From positions 1,408,001-1,472,000 of the forward strand of contig OY760074.1 of the NCBI GenBank assembly GCA_963663035.1: a DNA stretch of 64,000 bases. Reading direction: 5' to 3'. Source of the stretch: Acidobacteriota bacterium (GTDB lineage Bacteria; Acidobacteriota; UBA6911; RPQK01; JADFOI01). The notes under the pieces were generated by a model. That model saw only the letters and a program-made list of their open reading frames with translations. It was not told where the DNA came from and ran no database searches. A program made the translations under genes and the position numbers. This document shows positions 49,853-59,904 of the stretch, in pieces (the stretch's first letter is position 1; the number at the start of each line of letters is the position of its first letter).

Positions 49853-51025
49853 ATGAAGAAGTCCGGTATTGGCATCCTAACGGGTGGCGGCGATGTACCC
49901 GGTTTAAATTCGGTGATCAAGTCGGTGGTCTATGGGGCCAAACATCTTGCTCGCGAGGTCATTGGGATTCGCAGAGGCTGGCAGGGTCTCACCGATGTCA
50001 ACCTCTCTCAGCACCAGGACCCCGGGTTCATCATGCCTCTAAACAGATTGAACACTCGCAGCATTGACCGAACCGGAGGTACGGTTCTCCATACCTCCCG
50101 CACCAATCCCGCCATGATGAACAAATCCAAACTGCCTGCGCATCTTTCCGCGGAAGAGTTGCGTCCCCTCCAGGTTGACGAAGACGCCTATGATCTCACA
50201 CCGATCGTGATTCGAAATCTGGAGCAGCTTGGGATCGAGACCCTCATCGCGATCGGAGGAGATGATACACTGGGCTATGCTGCGCACCTGAGTGGCGAGG
50301 GTTTTCCCGTTATTGGCATTCCAAAGACCATGGACAACGACGTACCCGGCACGGAATACTGTATTGGCTTTTCCACTGCTATCACCAGGGCTAAAGAATT
50401 GATCACCCGCCAACGCACGACGCTGGGCTCGCATGAACGCATCGCCGTGTTTCGGATGTTCGGACGCGAGTCAGGCTTTACGGCCCTTTATACGGCCTAC
50501 GTTACGTCCACTCGCTGCCTGATACCAGAATACCCTTTTGACCTGGAGACGATCTGTCGCTTGATGGTCGAGGACAAATACAATGCTCCCAGTCGTTACT
50601 CCCTGATCGTGATTTCTGAGGGGGCCACCTGGCGAGGACAACCGAAGGCAGAGTTCGGCGAGACTGATGCCTACGGTCACCGCAAGACGGTGGACATCGG
50701 TCATGCTTTGGCGGCGGAGATTCGACGCCGAACTGGAGAGGAGACGATGACCTCCGATCTCACCTATGATCTACGCAGCGGGGATCCCGACTCACTGGAC
50801 AGTCTCGTTGCCGCGACTTTTGCCAACAACGCCATGGACCTGATCAGCAAGGGAATGACAGGTCAGATGGTCTCGGTCCGAGATGGCCGTTACCACCATA
50901 CCACCTTACCCGATCCTGCATCTCCTCCTCGTCGGGTCAACGTGGAGAGGCTCTACGACACCTCCCGCTTTCGGCCGCGCTACGACAACAAGCTAGGCTC
51001 CCCCATACTCCTTGACCACGTCTAG
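49853..51025 (+). CDS. pfkA: 6-phosphofructokinase, likely PPi-dependent
   Basis: LTGGGDVPGLN, GGDDT, PKTMDND, MFGR. Confidence 0.9.
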   Translation: MKKSGIGILTGGGDVPGLNSVIKSVVYGAKHLAREVIGIRRGWQGLTDVNLSQHQDPGFIMPLNRLNTRSIDRTGGTVLHTSRTNPAMMNKSKLPAHLSAEELRPLQVDEDAYDLTPIVIRNLEQLGIETLIAIGGDDTLGYAAHLSGEGFPVIGIPKTMDNDVPGTEYCIGFSTAITRAKELITRQRTTLGSHERIAVFRMFGRESGFTALYTAYVTSTRCLIPEYPFDLETICRLMVEDKYNAPSRYSLIVISEGATWRGQPKAEFGETDAYGHRKTVDIGHALAAEIRRRTGEETMTSDLTYDLRSGDPDSLDSLVAATFANNAMDLISKGMTGQMVSVRDGRYHHTTLPDPASPPRRVNVERLYDTSRFRPRYDNKLGSPILLDHV

Positions 51026-51194
51026 GAGCTTTGTGCTCGGGTGGCTGAGGCCGCTGGGCCTTCAGTCCGGCCTGAGTTTATCTCAGCCCGGGGCTTACCG
51101 CACGCTAGCCAGAATTGTTGCAGTCCAAGGCGGAGACCGTGGGTAGCTTTCTGCCCGGGCGGTCGCCGAACCGTGCCAAGCCTCAGGGCCCACA

Positions 51195-52223
51195 TTAGGC
51201 CACTTCCTTTTCCATCGCTTCATTGTAGCTTCCGCTGCGAGCAGCCCCATTGCAGCTGGCGCGGTGGTAGAAGGCCTTTTTGGCGGCTTCGATGTTCCGG
51301 CTCTCTCCCTGCCAGGCCTCGAGAACCGGGGCCTGGAGGGCGCGGCCGAAGGAAAAGCTGAGTTCCCATGGGAGCTTGCCCATGGCATTCATGGCATTCA
51401 GATTCGTCGTGGCCTGTACGTCAGACTGCCCGCCTGAGAGAAAGACCAAGCCGGGAACAGCCGCTGGAACATGACGGAGAAAACATCGCAGAGTGGCTTC
51501 CGCGACTTCCTCTGGATGCGCCTGAATGGTGCAGTCCTTCCCAGGCAGAACCATATTGGGTTTCAATAGGATTCCTTCCAGAAGTACACCACTCTCATCC
51601 AGAGCGCCAAAGACCGCTTCCAGGGTCTTGCCGGTCTCCGTTTCACAACGGTCTATACTATGAGCTCCTTCCATCAAAACTTCGGGCTCCACAATGGGAA
51701 CCAGGCCTTCTTCCTGACAGAGGGCAGCATACCTGCCCAGAGCATGCCCGTTGCAATGAATGCAGTAGCGGGATGGAGTCTCCTCTCCAATGGCAAGAAC
51801 CGCTCTCCACTTGGCGAATCTGGCCCCCAGCTGCCGATACTCCTTCAATCGGGCTCTGAGCCCGTCCAACCCCTCAGTGATCTTCTCTCCACGGCTGAAG
51901 GGTAAGGGTGTAGTGCCCTTGTCTACCTTGATGCCTGGAATGATCCCCTGTTTCAGGAGAACATCGGTAAAGGCTTGGCCCTCCGAGGTGGTCTGTCGGA
52001 TGGTCTCATCAAACAAAATGACGCCACTGATGAACTCGTTGGACCCGGAAGTGGTGAAAAAGATTTCGCGATAGGCTCGACGACGGTCCGTCGTAGAAGC
52101 CACATCGATCGTCTTGAACCGTTTTTCAATGGTGCTGAAGCTCTCGTCGGCTGCCAGGATACCCTTGTTCGGGGCTACCAGGGCCCGGGCCGTCTCTCTC
52201 AATGTATTTCCGTATTCGTACAT
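51195..52223 (-). CDS. Class I fructose-bisphosphate aldolase (eukaryote-type)
   Basis: KGILAADES, GIKVDKG, AKWRAV, VPIVEPEV, LKPNMV, FLSGGQS, FSFGRALQ. Confidence 0.95.
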   Translation of the reverse strand: MYEYGNTLRETARALVAPNKGILAADESFSTIEKRFKTIDVASTTDRRRAYREIFFTTSGSNEFISGVILFDETIRQTTSEGQAFTDVLLKQGIIPGIKVDKGTTPLPFSRGEKITEGLDGLRARLKEYRQLGARFAKWRAVLAIGEETPSRYCIHCNGHALGRYAALCQEEGLVPIVEPEVLMEGAHSIDRCETETGKTLEAVFGALDESGVLLEGILLKPNMVLPGKDCTIQAHPEEVAEATLRCFLRHVPAAVPGLVFLSGGQSDVQATTNLNAMNAMGKLPWELSFSFGRALQAPVLEAWQGESRNIEAAKKAFYHRASCNGAARSGSYNEAMEKEVA

Positions 52224-52449
52224 TAGAACACCCCATTTGTTGCCGCTGTTGACAACCTCATTTAAGGAAATCCAGAGCTGCGGGTCAACCATGAACCACA
52301 CAGGTCATAGGTTCTTGACGTTTTTGGAGTCCAGACGATGGCAATACCCTATCCAAACGAGAGATAGGTTGAAAGACTCTTCAGATTCCGGTATTTCGGG
52401 TCGTACGAATAGCCAACCGTCTGACCATCCTAATTCGAAAATGGTGTCT

Positions 52450-52752
52450 TCAATCATCTTTTACACGTACTAAGATCTTTTGTCGCAGGGTCTCAAATTG
52501 CCTCACCCACTCTTGAGAATTTTCATCTGTTGATTTCCGAAATTTAGGGTACTCCGTTTTCAAAATTTCATAGAAGTCGTTTTGAACTGTGCGGAGGTTG
52601 ACTTCGAAGGGAAGAGTTTGCATAAGATTTGCAACTCCGTTTAATTGCTTAACAAGAGGCAGGTTAGCTGGATTATTTCTCAGTTCGTTCATCATCCACT
52701 CAAAAGCCTGTGTGAAGCTGAAACTTAAACTAGCTGTATCGAAGGGGATGTT
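52450..52752 (-). pseudogene. C-terminal remnant resembling DUF3536/GH57 protein, cut by IS256
   Basis: LPFEVNLRTVQNDFYEIL..EWVRQFETL; frame is open to the IS boundary. Confidence 0.55.
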
Positions 52753-54132
52753 GAGCTACCCTCAAAAGGTGTGTAAATAGCACAGGCGGTGATTATCCTT
52801 CCGGGTGAAAATAAAAACCCGGGCGGAAGAGCCCGAAAGGAAGGAGTCACACCGCCATGAGCAAGAAGAACATTGATCACAGTGTGGAGTCAAGAGTCTG
52901 CTTTGAACAGCTGGAAGAGTGGGTGCGAGAGCAGATCCAGTTTTACGTACAGGAACTGCTGGAGGATGAAGTGACACAGCTGCTGGGACGAAGAAAGAAT
53001 GAGCGTCGCCGAGAAGTGGACGCCTCCGGTGGCTATCGCAACGGCTACGGCAAGGAGCGGCGACTGACGATGAGTTGCGGAACGATCAAGCTGCGGCGTC
53101 CCCGAGTGCGGGATCTGGAAGAGCGTTTTGAGAGCCGGGTCTTGCCGCTGTTTGCCAAGCGAACGCGAGAGGTACGAGACTTGATTCCAGAACTCTATTT
53201 ACATGGTCTGGCCGAGGGGGATTTCGATCTGGCCTTGAGAGGGCTTTTAGGGGAAGAAGCGCCGCTGTCCCCCAGCACCGTAGCCCGGTTGAAACAGAAG
53301 TGGCAGGGAGAAATGGAGGCCTGGCAGAGCCGTCGGCTGGATGATCTGGAAGTCGTGTATTTGTGGGCGGACGGCGTGTACATCAAAGCAGGGCTGGAGA
53401 AGGAGAAGGCCGTGATTCTGGTAGTGATCGCCGCTTTAAGTGATGGCACTAAAGTGGTGGTGTCCGTCAGTAGTGGTTATCGAGAATCGACCCAGAGCTG
53501 GTCCGAAGTGCTGCGGGATCTCAAAGAGCGGGGGATGAACCCACCCCGTCTGGTGATCGCTGACGGGCATCTGGGGATCTGGGGAGCGTTGCGCAACGTG
53601 TTCCCAGAAGCCGACGAGCAGAGATGCTGGAATCATCGCATCGTCAACTTGCTGGCCAAGATCCCCAAGAGTCGGCACAAAGCGGCCTTGTTGATGTTGC
53701 GGCAGATCCCTTATGCAGAAACACGGCAGGAAGCCGAGCGAGTCAAAGGACGATTCCAACATTGGTGTAGCAAGAGAGGCCTGGAGGCAGCGGCTGATCT
53801 GATCGACCAGGACTGGGAGCGGATGGTGACGTTTTACAACTATCCCAAACAGCAGTGGCAACATCTGCGGACTACCAACCCAGTGGAGTCTCCCTTCTCT
53901 GCTCTGCGACTGCGAACCGATGCTGCTCGAAGGTTCAAGAAAGTGGCCAACGCACGGGCTGTCATCTGGAAGATGCTGCTGGTCGCTGAGAAGAGATTTC
54001 GCCGTTTGAAGGCTCCCCACTTGATGAAGGATGTCTACCAAGGAGCCCAATATGTCAATGGAGTTCCAGTCAACCCAGTCACCCAGGAGAAAGCCGCCTG
54101 ATGTCTATTTACACACTTATTGACGGAACCTC
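52753..54132 (+). mobile_element. IS256-family element, copy 1 (1380 bp; transposase 52857-54101)
   Basis: IRs gagctaccctcaaaaggtgtgtaaatag / ctatttacacacttattgacggaacctc; YRNGY, WADG, QRCWNH, RTTNPVES; no TSD. Confidence 0.95.
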
Positions 54133-54156
54133 CTGTTTGAGTGCTAATCGACCTAA

Positions 54157-54573
54157 TTAGCTCACAGCAAATGATTGGGGCCGAATCTGCAACTCAGACA
54201 ACTTTCTGACTACTTCTTCCAGTTGCTTGCGATCACGGCGGATCCGGAGATATTTGAGGATTCTCCAGGAACCTATGTTTAAGATCTCACAAACCCAGTT
54301 AAAGCTTCCTGGAGTGGTTTCCTCACAAAAGAACCATTCCTGAGCATCCCTTTGCCATCTCTCCCAATTTTTTCTGTTTTCCTTTCCAGACTTGCTGGGA
54401 GCCCGAAGATCCCGGAGTGCCTGAAGTAAAATGGCAAGAGCCAGTTTTTTTACAGATGGCTCTAGCTTTTTCTCCCGGCCGTAACGCCCTGGGCTTGTGA
54501 GTTTTAGATGTTCAACATATGTGATTAACATCGCTTTGCTGATTCTTGACCTCCAGCCCATTAGATCGAACAA
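54157..54573 (-). CDS. Small helical hypothetical protein (paralogue of 15828-16148)
   Basis: KLALAILLQALRDL..WQRDAQEWFF..PGSFNWVCEIL; start uncertain. Confidence 0.7.
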   Translation of the reverse strand: MFDLMGWRSRISKAMLITYVEHLKLTSPGRYGREKKLEPSVKKLALAILLQALRDLRAPSKSGKENRKNWERWQRDAQEWFFCEETTPGSFNWVCEILNIGSWRILKYLRIRRDRKQLEEVVRKLSELQIRPQSFAVS

Positions 54574-54617
54574 GTGAGACTGCTTTGTGCGAACGCTCTA
54601 GTGCTAAGGACCTTCTG

Positions 54618-54743
54618 TTAGTGTGTCCTCCTTTCCCTCGAGTACCAGAGGTAGTTGCTATCAATGTACTGCTGCCACCGCTCGGGAACTTCCTCTTCAG
54701 GGAAAACGGCCTCCACGGGGCATTCTGGAACACAAGCACCACA
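54618..54743 (-). pseudogene. FdxA-type ferredoxin, C-terminal half only
   Basis: Minus strand reads CGACVPECPVEAVFPEEEVPERWQQYIDSNY; AGGAG RBS remains upstream but the N-terminal half is missing. Confidence 0.85.
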
Positions 54744-54761
54744 GAACAGGCCCCTAATCTC

Positions 54762-54787
54762 CTTTTTATACTATTATGTATAAAAAG
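54762..54787. promoter_or_regulatory. Perfect palindrome, candidate operator
   Basis: CTTTTTATAC-tattat-GTATAAAAAG between the ferredoxin remnant and the divergent regulator. Confidence 0.6.
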
Positions 54788-54881
54788 TATAGAAAGTCAA
54801 CACGCCTGATTTGCGTGTAGGAGACTTTTCGGAGGACAACCGGGAAAACATGACCGTGTTTTGCTGTTATAATGAGACAAA

Positions 54882-55508
54882 ATGCTTGACGTGAGAAGCT
54901 CAGCCAGCCGGAGACTTCTTGAGTTGCTCAAAGAGACGGGGAGAGGTATTGCCGTAAAAGAGCTGTGTGAAGAACTCCAGCTTTCCTCTATGGCTGTTCG
55001 CAGACAGCTAACATTCCTAGAAGGAGACGGTCTGATTTTCTCAGAAGATGAAAGAAAAAAGATTGGTCGTCCCGCTAAACGTTACTACTTAACTGATCAA
55101 GGGCATGAATACTTCGAGCGAGACTATGCAAACTTCGCCATTGAGCTTCTTGCTGCGCTTCGGTCTCTCAACGGTAAGAGAAACGTGAGCCAAGTATTCG
55201 AAAGGCGCATGCATGAAGATCTCGAAACTGCCAGAAAGCGGGTTTTAGGCAAAACTCTTGAAGCGAGAGTCCACGACGCCACGAAGTGGTTTACCGAGAA
55301 AGGTTACATGGCAAGGTGGGAGAAAATCGCTACTGACAAATACTTAATCAAGTTCATGAACTGCGCTGTACTGCAAGTGGCAAAAAAATTTCCGCAGATA
55401 TGTGTTTGCGAAGAGAATTTTCTTTCTGAACTCATTCAGGCTAAGGTCACCCGTCGGCATTATATCCTTAAAAATGGTCATTTCTGCTCCTACCTGGTTG
55501 AGGGTTGA
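54882..55508 (+). CDS. SufR-like HTH transcriptional regulator
   Basis: LQLSSMAVRRQL..GRPAKRYYLT; C-terminal NC..ICVCE..CSY cluster-ligand pattern. Confidence 0.82.
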   Translation: MLDVRSSASRRLLELLKETGRGIAVKELCEELQLSSMAVRRQLTFLEGDGLIFSEDERKKIGRPAKRYYLTDQGHEYFERDYANFAIELLAALRSLNGKRNVSQVFERRMHEDLETARKRVLGKTLEARVHDATKWFTEKGYMARWEKIATDKYLIKFMNCAVLQVAKKFPQICVCEENFLSELIQAKVTRRHYILKNGHFCSYLVEG

Positions 55509-55564
55509 AATTCGGCGGTCACTCATTTAGTAAATCCGGAAATTGCACGCCACATCCGAACAGA

Positions 55565-55615
55565 ACCCAAATCAACATCTTCCTCACCTGGTTCGAAGAA
55601 CTCAAACGCCTAGCC
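55565..55615 (+). pseudogene. C-terminal tail remnant of Ser/Thr kinase-beta-propeller protein
   Basis: TQINIFLTWFEELKRL resembles the recurrent (I)NVVLNWFEELKRL terminus. Confidence 0.5.
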
Positions 55616-55985
55616 ATGAGTACAGTCAGACCGCGATGTAGGTGACGACCAGAATGTCCAGGACTTCGTACCAGTGAAGCTGGCTGAAAAGGTAAGTAAG
55701 TGAGGCCACCATTTCAACTGTATGCCCGTCCCGCTTCAGAAGCAATGTCTGAATGTTCTTAAACAGCAAGACCGCTTTTAACTCTTTAGGAGTTACAAAA
55801 CTCGGCTTACATCTCCGCTTGCCGGCAAAAACTGACCAGCTAACCTCGTGACCCGCTGACCCACAATCCCATCTAGGGGTCAGGGAGGTCAGGTGGTTAG
55901 GTGGCCAGCTGTTTCCCCCGGTCCCCGAATGCTACAATGAGCACCCGCAAAGGAACAACTCAAGAACCACGCAACATGTCTTTGC

Positions 55986-57365
55986 GAGGTTCCGTCAATA
56001 AGTGTGTAAATAGACATCAGGCGGCTTTCTCCTGGGTGACTGGGTTGACTGGAACTCCATTGACATATTGGGCTCCTTGGTAGACATCCTTCATCAAGTG
56101 GGGAGCCTTCAAACGGCGAAATCTCTTCTCAGCGACCAGCAGCATCTTCCAGATGACAGCCCGTGCGTTGGCCACTTTCTTGAACCTTCGAGCAGCATCG
56201 GTTCGCAGTCGCAGAGCAGAGAAGGGAGACTCCACTGGGTTGGTAGTCCGCAGATGTTGCCACTGCTGTTTGGGATAGTTGTAAAACGTCACCATCCGCT
56301 CCCAGTCCTGGTCGATCAGATCAGCCGCTGCCTCCAGGCCTCTCTTGCTACACCAATGTTGGAATCGTCCTTTGACTCGCTCGGCTTCCTGCCGTGTTTC
56401 TGCATAAGGGATCTGCCGCAACATCAACAAGGCCGCTTTGTGCCGACTCTTGGGGATCTTGGCCAGCAAGTTGACGATGCGATGATTCCAGCATCTCTGC
56501 TCGTCGGCTTCTGGGAACACGTTGCGCAACGCTCCCCAGATCCCCAGATGCCCGTCAGCGATCACCAGACGGGGTGGGTTCATCCCCCGCTCTTTGAGAT
56601 CCCGCAGCACTTCGGACCAGCTCTGGGTCGATTCTCGATAACCACTACTGACGGACACCACCACTTTAGTGCCATCACTTAAAGCGGCGATCACTACCAG
56701 AATCACGGCCTTCTCCTTCTCCAGCCCTGCTTTGATGTACACGCCGTCCGCCCACAAATACACGACTTCCAGATCATCCAGCCGACGGCTCTGCCAGGCC
56801 TCCATTTCTCCCTGCCACTTCTGTTTCAACCGGGCTACGGTGCTGGGGGACAGCGGCGCTTCTTCCCCTAAAAGCCCTCTCAAGGCCAGATCGAAATCCC
56901 CCTCGGCCAGACCATGTAAATAGAGTTCTGGAATCAAGTCTCGTACCTCTCGCGTTCGCTTGGCAAACAGCGGCAAGACCCGGCTCTCAAAACGCTCTTC
57001 CAGATCCCGCACTCGGGGACGCCGCAGCTTGATCGTTCCGCAACTCATCGTCAGTCGCCGCTCCTTGCCGTAGCCGTTGCGATAGCCACCGGAGGCGTCC
57101 ACTTCTCGGCGACGCTCATTCTTTCTTCGTCCCAGCAGCTGTGTCACTTCATCCTCCAGCAGTTCCTGTACGTAAAACTGGATCTGCTCTCGCACCCACT
57201 CTTCCAGCTGTTCAAAGCAGACTCTTGACTCCACACTGTGATCAATGTTCTTCTTGCTCATGGCGGTGTGACTCCTTCCTTTCGGGCTCTTCCGCCCGGG
57301 TTTTTATTTTCACCCGGAAGGATAATCACCGCCTGTGCTATTTACACACCTTTTGAGGGTAGCTC
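55986..57365 (-). mobile_element. IS256-family element, copy 2 (transposase 56017-57261), 9-bp TSD
   Basis: Same protein as copy 1, inverted; TGTCTTTGC on both sides. Confidence 0.96.
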
Positions 57366-57425
57366 TGTCTTTGCCATGTCCGAACTCAATCGACGCGATT
57401 TCAAGCTTGCCTGTCGTTACCTGTA

Positions 57426-58427
57426 ATGCCGAACCTCCAGGATCCTACAAAACTTGACTACGGTGGAGGACTCACCGATATCCATGGGATCCTCGTCGGA
57501 CACTTCACCGACTCGCGCCGCCCCACGGGCTGTACGGTGGTTCTGGTGGAAAAGGGTGCGGTTGCGGGAGTCGATGTGCGCGGATCCGCCCCAGGGACTC
57601 GAGAAACCGATCTGCTGGAGCCCCGCAATACTGTCCAGAAGGTCCATGCGGTTGTTCTCTCCGGTGGGAGTGCTTTTGGTCTGGAGAGTGCGACCGGAGT
57701 TGTGCAATATCTAGAGGAAAAGGGCATCGGCTATCCCACCGCCTCCGTGCCGGTCCCCATCGTTCCCGCTGCCATCCTTTATGATCTGAGTGTGGGCGAT
57801 CCTTCCATCCGGCCTGACCGTCAGGCCGGTTATCGAGCCTGCCAGAACGCAACCACCGGGCCCGTGGAAGAGGGCAACGTGGGGGCTGGAGCCGGAGCCA
57901 CGGTGGGAAAGTTGCTGGGAAAGAAGCGCGCAATGAAGGGTGGTCTGGGAAGCGCCAGTCTTCAGGTCGGGCCATTGACGGTGGCGGCCCTGGTAGCGGT
58001 CAACGCCAGCGGCGACGTCATTGATCCAAAAAACGGGCGCATTCTGGCCGGAGCCCGCAGCCAGGATGGCCGATCCTTTGCCAACATGGCAGAAATTCTA
58101 AGGAAGAATCCTCTGAGTGCGATGCAAAAGCTGGGTGAAAATACCACCCTAGGCGTGGTGGCCACGAATACCTCATTCGACAAGGCAGCCCTGCAGAAAA
58201 TCGCCCAGATGAGCCATGACGGATTGGCTCGGGCAATTGTGCCGGTTCACCTCCCCACCGACGGGGACACCATCTTCTCTCTCTCGACGGGTGAAGTGAA
58301 AGGGCATGACCTAGGACAGGTTGGCGCCCTGGCCGCCGATGTCATCTCACAGGCTGTGGTGCGAGCCATTTTACAGTCTCGGGGAATTCCCGGATACCCT
58401 GACCATTTCCAACTCCTATCCCAATAG
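57426..58427 (+). CDS. P1/S58 (DmpA-like) peptidase
   Basis: GVDVRGSAPGTRET, SGGSAFGL, EGNVGAGAG, NTTLGVVATN, DGDTIF. Confidence 0.93.
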   Translation: MPNLQDPTKLDYGGGLTDIHGILVGHFTDSRRPTGCTVVLVEKGAVAGVDVRGSAPGTRETDLLEPRNTVQKVHAVVLSGGSAFGLESATGVVQYLEEKGIGYPTASVPVPIVPAAILYDLSVGDPSIRPDRQAGYRACQNATTGPVEEGNVGAGAGATVGKLLGKKRAMKGGLGSASLQVGPLTVAALVAVNASGDVIDPKNGRILAGARSQDGRSFANMAEILRKNPLSAMQKLGENTTLGVVATNTSFDKAALQKIAQMSHDGLARAIVPVHLPTDGDTIFSLSTGEVKGHDLGQVGALAADVISQAVVRAILQSRGIPGYPDHFQLLSQ

Positions 58428-58472
58428 GAAGTTCGTCATTCATAAACCCCTCTGCCCTCTGCCGGTGATACA

Positions 58473-58514
58473 ACTTTTAAGTAGAGGGTCGCTGGTTCGA
58501 GTCCAGCACGACCT
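58473..58514 (+). repeat. tRNA-Lys(UUU) 3'-half remnant, att-like site
   Basis: ACTTTTAA anticodon loop followed by GAGGGTC GCTGG TTCGAGT CCAGC; no 5' half. Confidence 0.65.
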
Positions 58515-58524
58515 TTAAGTCCAG

Positions 58525-58764
58525 GTGACCTTGCCTTGTGCTACCTGGCTGACTTTTCGAAGAACGTACTCATCCTGGGCTCATGTTAAAGGCGTGCCTC
58601 AGAAAGTAATTGCCGAGTTGATGGGTCACTCGAACGTGTACACGACACTGAACGTTTACACTCAGGTCATGGACGGCTCGCTGAGGGCCGCGGTGAACAA
58701 AGTCGGAGAAGAATTGCTCAGTATTGTTCAGTTTGGGGAGGGTGGCAGCGAGCTAACTCATTGA
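58525..58764 (+). pseudogene. Tyrosine integrase C-terminal remnant
   Basis: TFRRTYSSW..LMGHS..TTLNVYT; ends 5 nt from the tRNA-Asn CCA. Confidence 0.88.
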
Positions 58765-58769
58765 AAAGT

Positions 58770-58845
58770 TGGCTCCCCAGGTAGGACTCGAACCTACAAC
58801 CCTCCGGTTAACAGCCGGATGCTCTGCCAATTGAGCTACTGAGGA
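58770..58845 (-). tRNA. tRNA-Asn(GUU)
   Basis: TCCTCAGTAGCTCAATTGGCAGAGCATCCGGCTGTTAACCGGAGGGTTGTAGGTTCGAGTCCTACCTGGGGAGCCA folds as a cloverleaf with encoded CCA. Confidence 0.97.
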
Positions 58846-58934
58846 GCAATCAGGACTAGAGTATATCGTCAAATCCCATCTTCAGGTCAAGGTCCTTCGA
58901 GGTGTATTCGTTCTGGCGAAGCCTGGGCTTTGTC

Positions 58935-58950
58935 AGTGACTCATGTCACA
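58935..58950. promoter_or_regulatory. CRP/FNR-family-like box
   Basis: AGTGA-ctcatg-TCACA, 1 mismatch to TGTGA-N6-TCACA, ~90 bp upstream of the 59041 gene. Confidence 0.4.
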
Positions 58951-59040
58951 GATCTTTGACAAAATGGCCCAATTAGGTTAAAAAGGGGTCTCATAAACCT
59001 TGAAACCGGAGCGATCCGGTACAAGGGAGGTTAACGGAAC

Positions 59041-59448
59041 ATGTCAAAAACATTACTCGTGCTGATGATGATGGTTACTCTCCTGCTGGTCCCGCCAGTG
59101 GCGGCGTCTCCCCCAGCGGCTGCCGATGAGAAAGATGCCCTGACCGAAGAAGATACTTTCTCGGGGACCTTTAGGACACTGGAGCAAATGACGGGGTTGG
59201 GAATTCTGGGGATTCGTATTCTCTATGAAACCTCCGGTGCCCAGAACTTCGAGGAATTTGCTGAAGCTTTGATGACGGCCTACAACCTGAGTATAGACCC
59301 TCAGTTTGTGCTGCGGGGTCTGTATGGAAGCAGCTTGAAGGAGATCTTAGACGATTTTGGCTTGACTCCTGATCAAGTCAAGCAGGCCATTGAACTGACA
59401 AAACGTCAGCTCAAGGTTGCTGACGAGGATTGGAAAAAACGGACCTGA
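59041..59448 (+). CDS. Exported hypothetical protein
   Basis: GGGAGG RBS and signal peptide. Confidence 0.75.
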   Translation: MSKTLLVLMMMVTLLLVPPVAASPPAAADEKDALTEEDTFSGTFRTLEQMTGLGILGIRILYETSGAQNFEEFAEALMTAYNLSIDPQFVLRGLYGSSLKEILDDFGLTPDQVKQAIELTKRQLKVADEDWKKRT

Positions 59449-59467
59449 TGGTTGCCACGGGGAAGTT

Positions 59468-59884
59468 TTAGCCTTCTTTACTCTTAGACGCCTTCTTTTC
59501 CTTCTTCTCTGGAACCGCTTCCTCCCCTTCTCTATCCACCAGCTCGATAATAGCCTTTTCTGTGCAGTCACCCGGCCGGAAACCCAGCCGGATAATTCGT
59601 GTGTATCCACCCCCGCGGTCGGCATAGCGTGGGGCTAACGCGTCAAACAACTTGTGTACGACCGATTTCCTGCGGATGATTGACAGCGCCCGACGACGAG
59701 CGTGGAGGTTCTCCCGTTTGCCCAGGGTAATCATTTTCTCTGCAAAGGGGCGCAGCTCTTTGGCTTTGGCAATGGTCGTGATGATTCGTTCTTTTTCCAA
59801 GAGCTCCGTCACCATGTTGCGCAGCATGGCCATCCTGTGGCTGGATGTGCGACTCAGCTTTCGACCTGACTTGCGATGTCTCAT
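59468..59884 (-). CDS. rplQ: 50S ribosomal protein L17
   Basis: [18 protein letters not shown]. Confidence 0.98.
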   Translation of the reverse strand: MRHRKSGRKLSRTSSHRMAMLRNMVTELLEKERIITTIAKAKELRPFAEKMITLGKRENLHARRRALSIIRRKSVVHKLFDALAPRYADRGGGYTRIIRLGFRPGDCTEKAIIELVDREGEEAVPEKKEKKASKSKEG

Positions 59885-59904
59885 TATTTCTTTAGCTTCT
59901 TTTG

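Noticed and set aside
55626-55712. MVASLTYLFSQLHWYEVLDILVV as a diadenylate cyclase (CdaA) N-terminus
   Set aside because: Resemblance is too short to support.
58473-58514. Functional tRNA-Lys
   Set aside because: No D-arm or 5' acceptor strand, and the anticodon stem does not pair.
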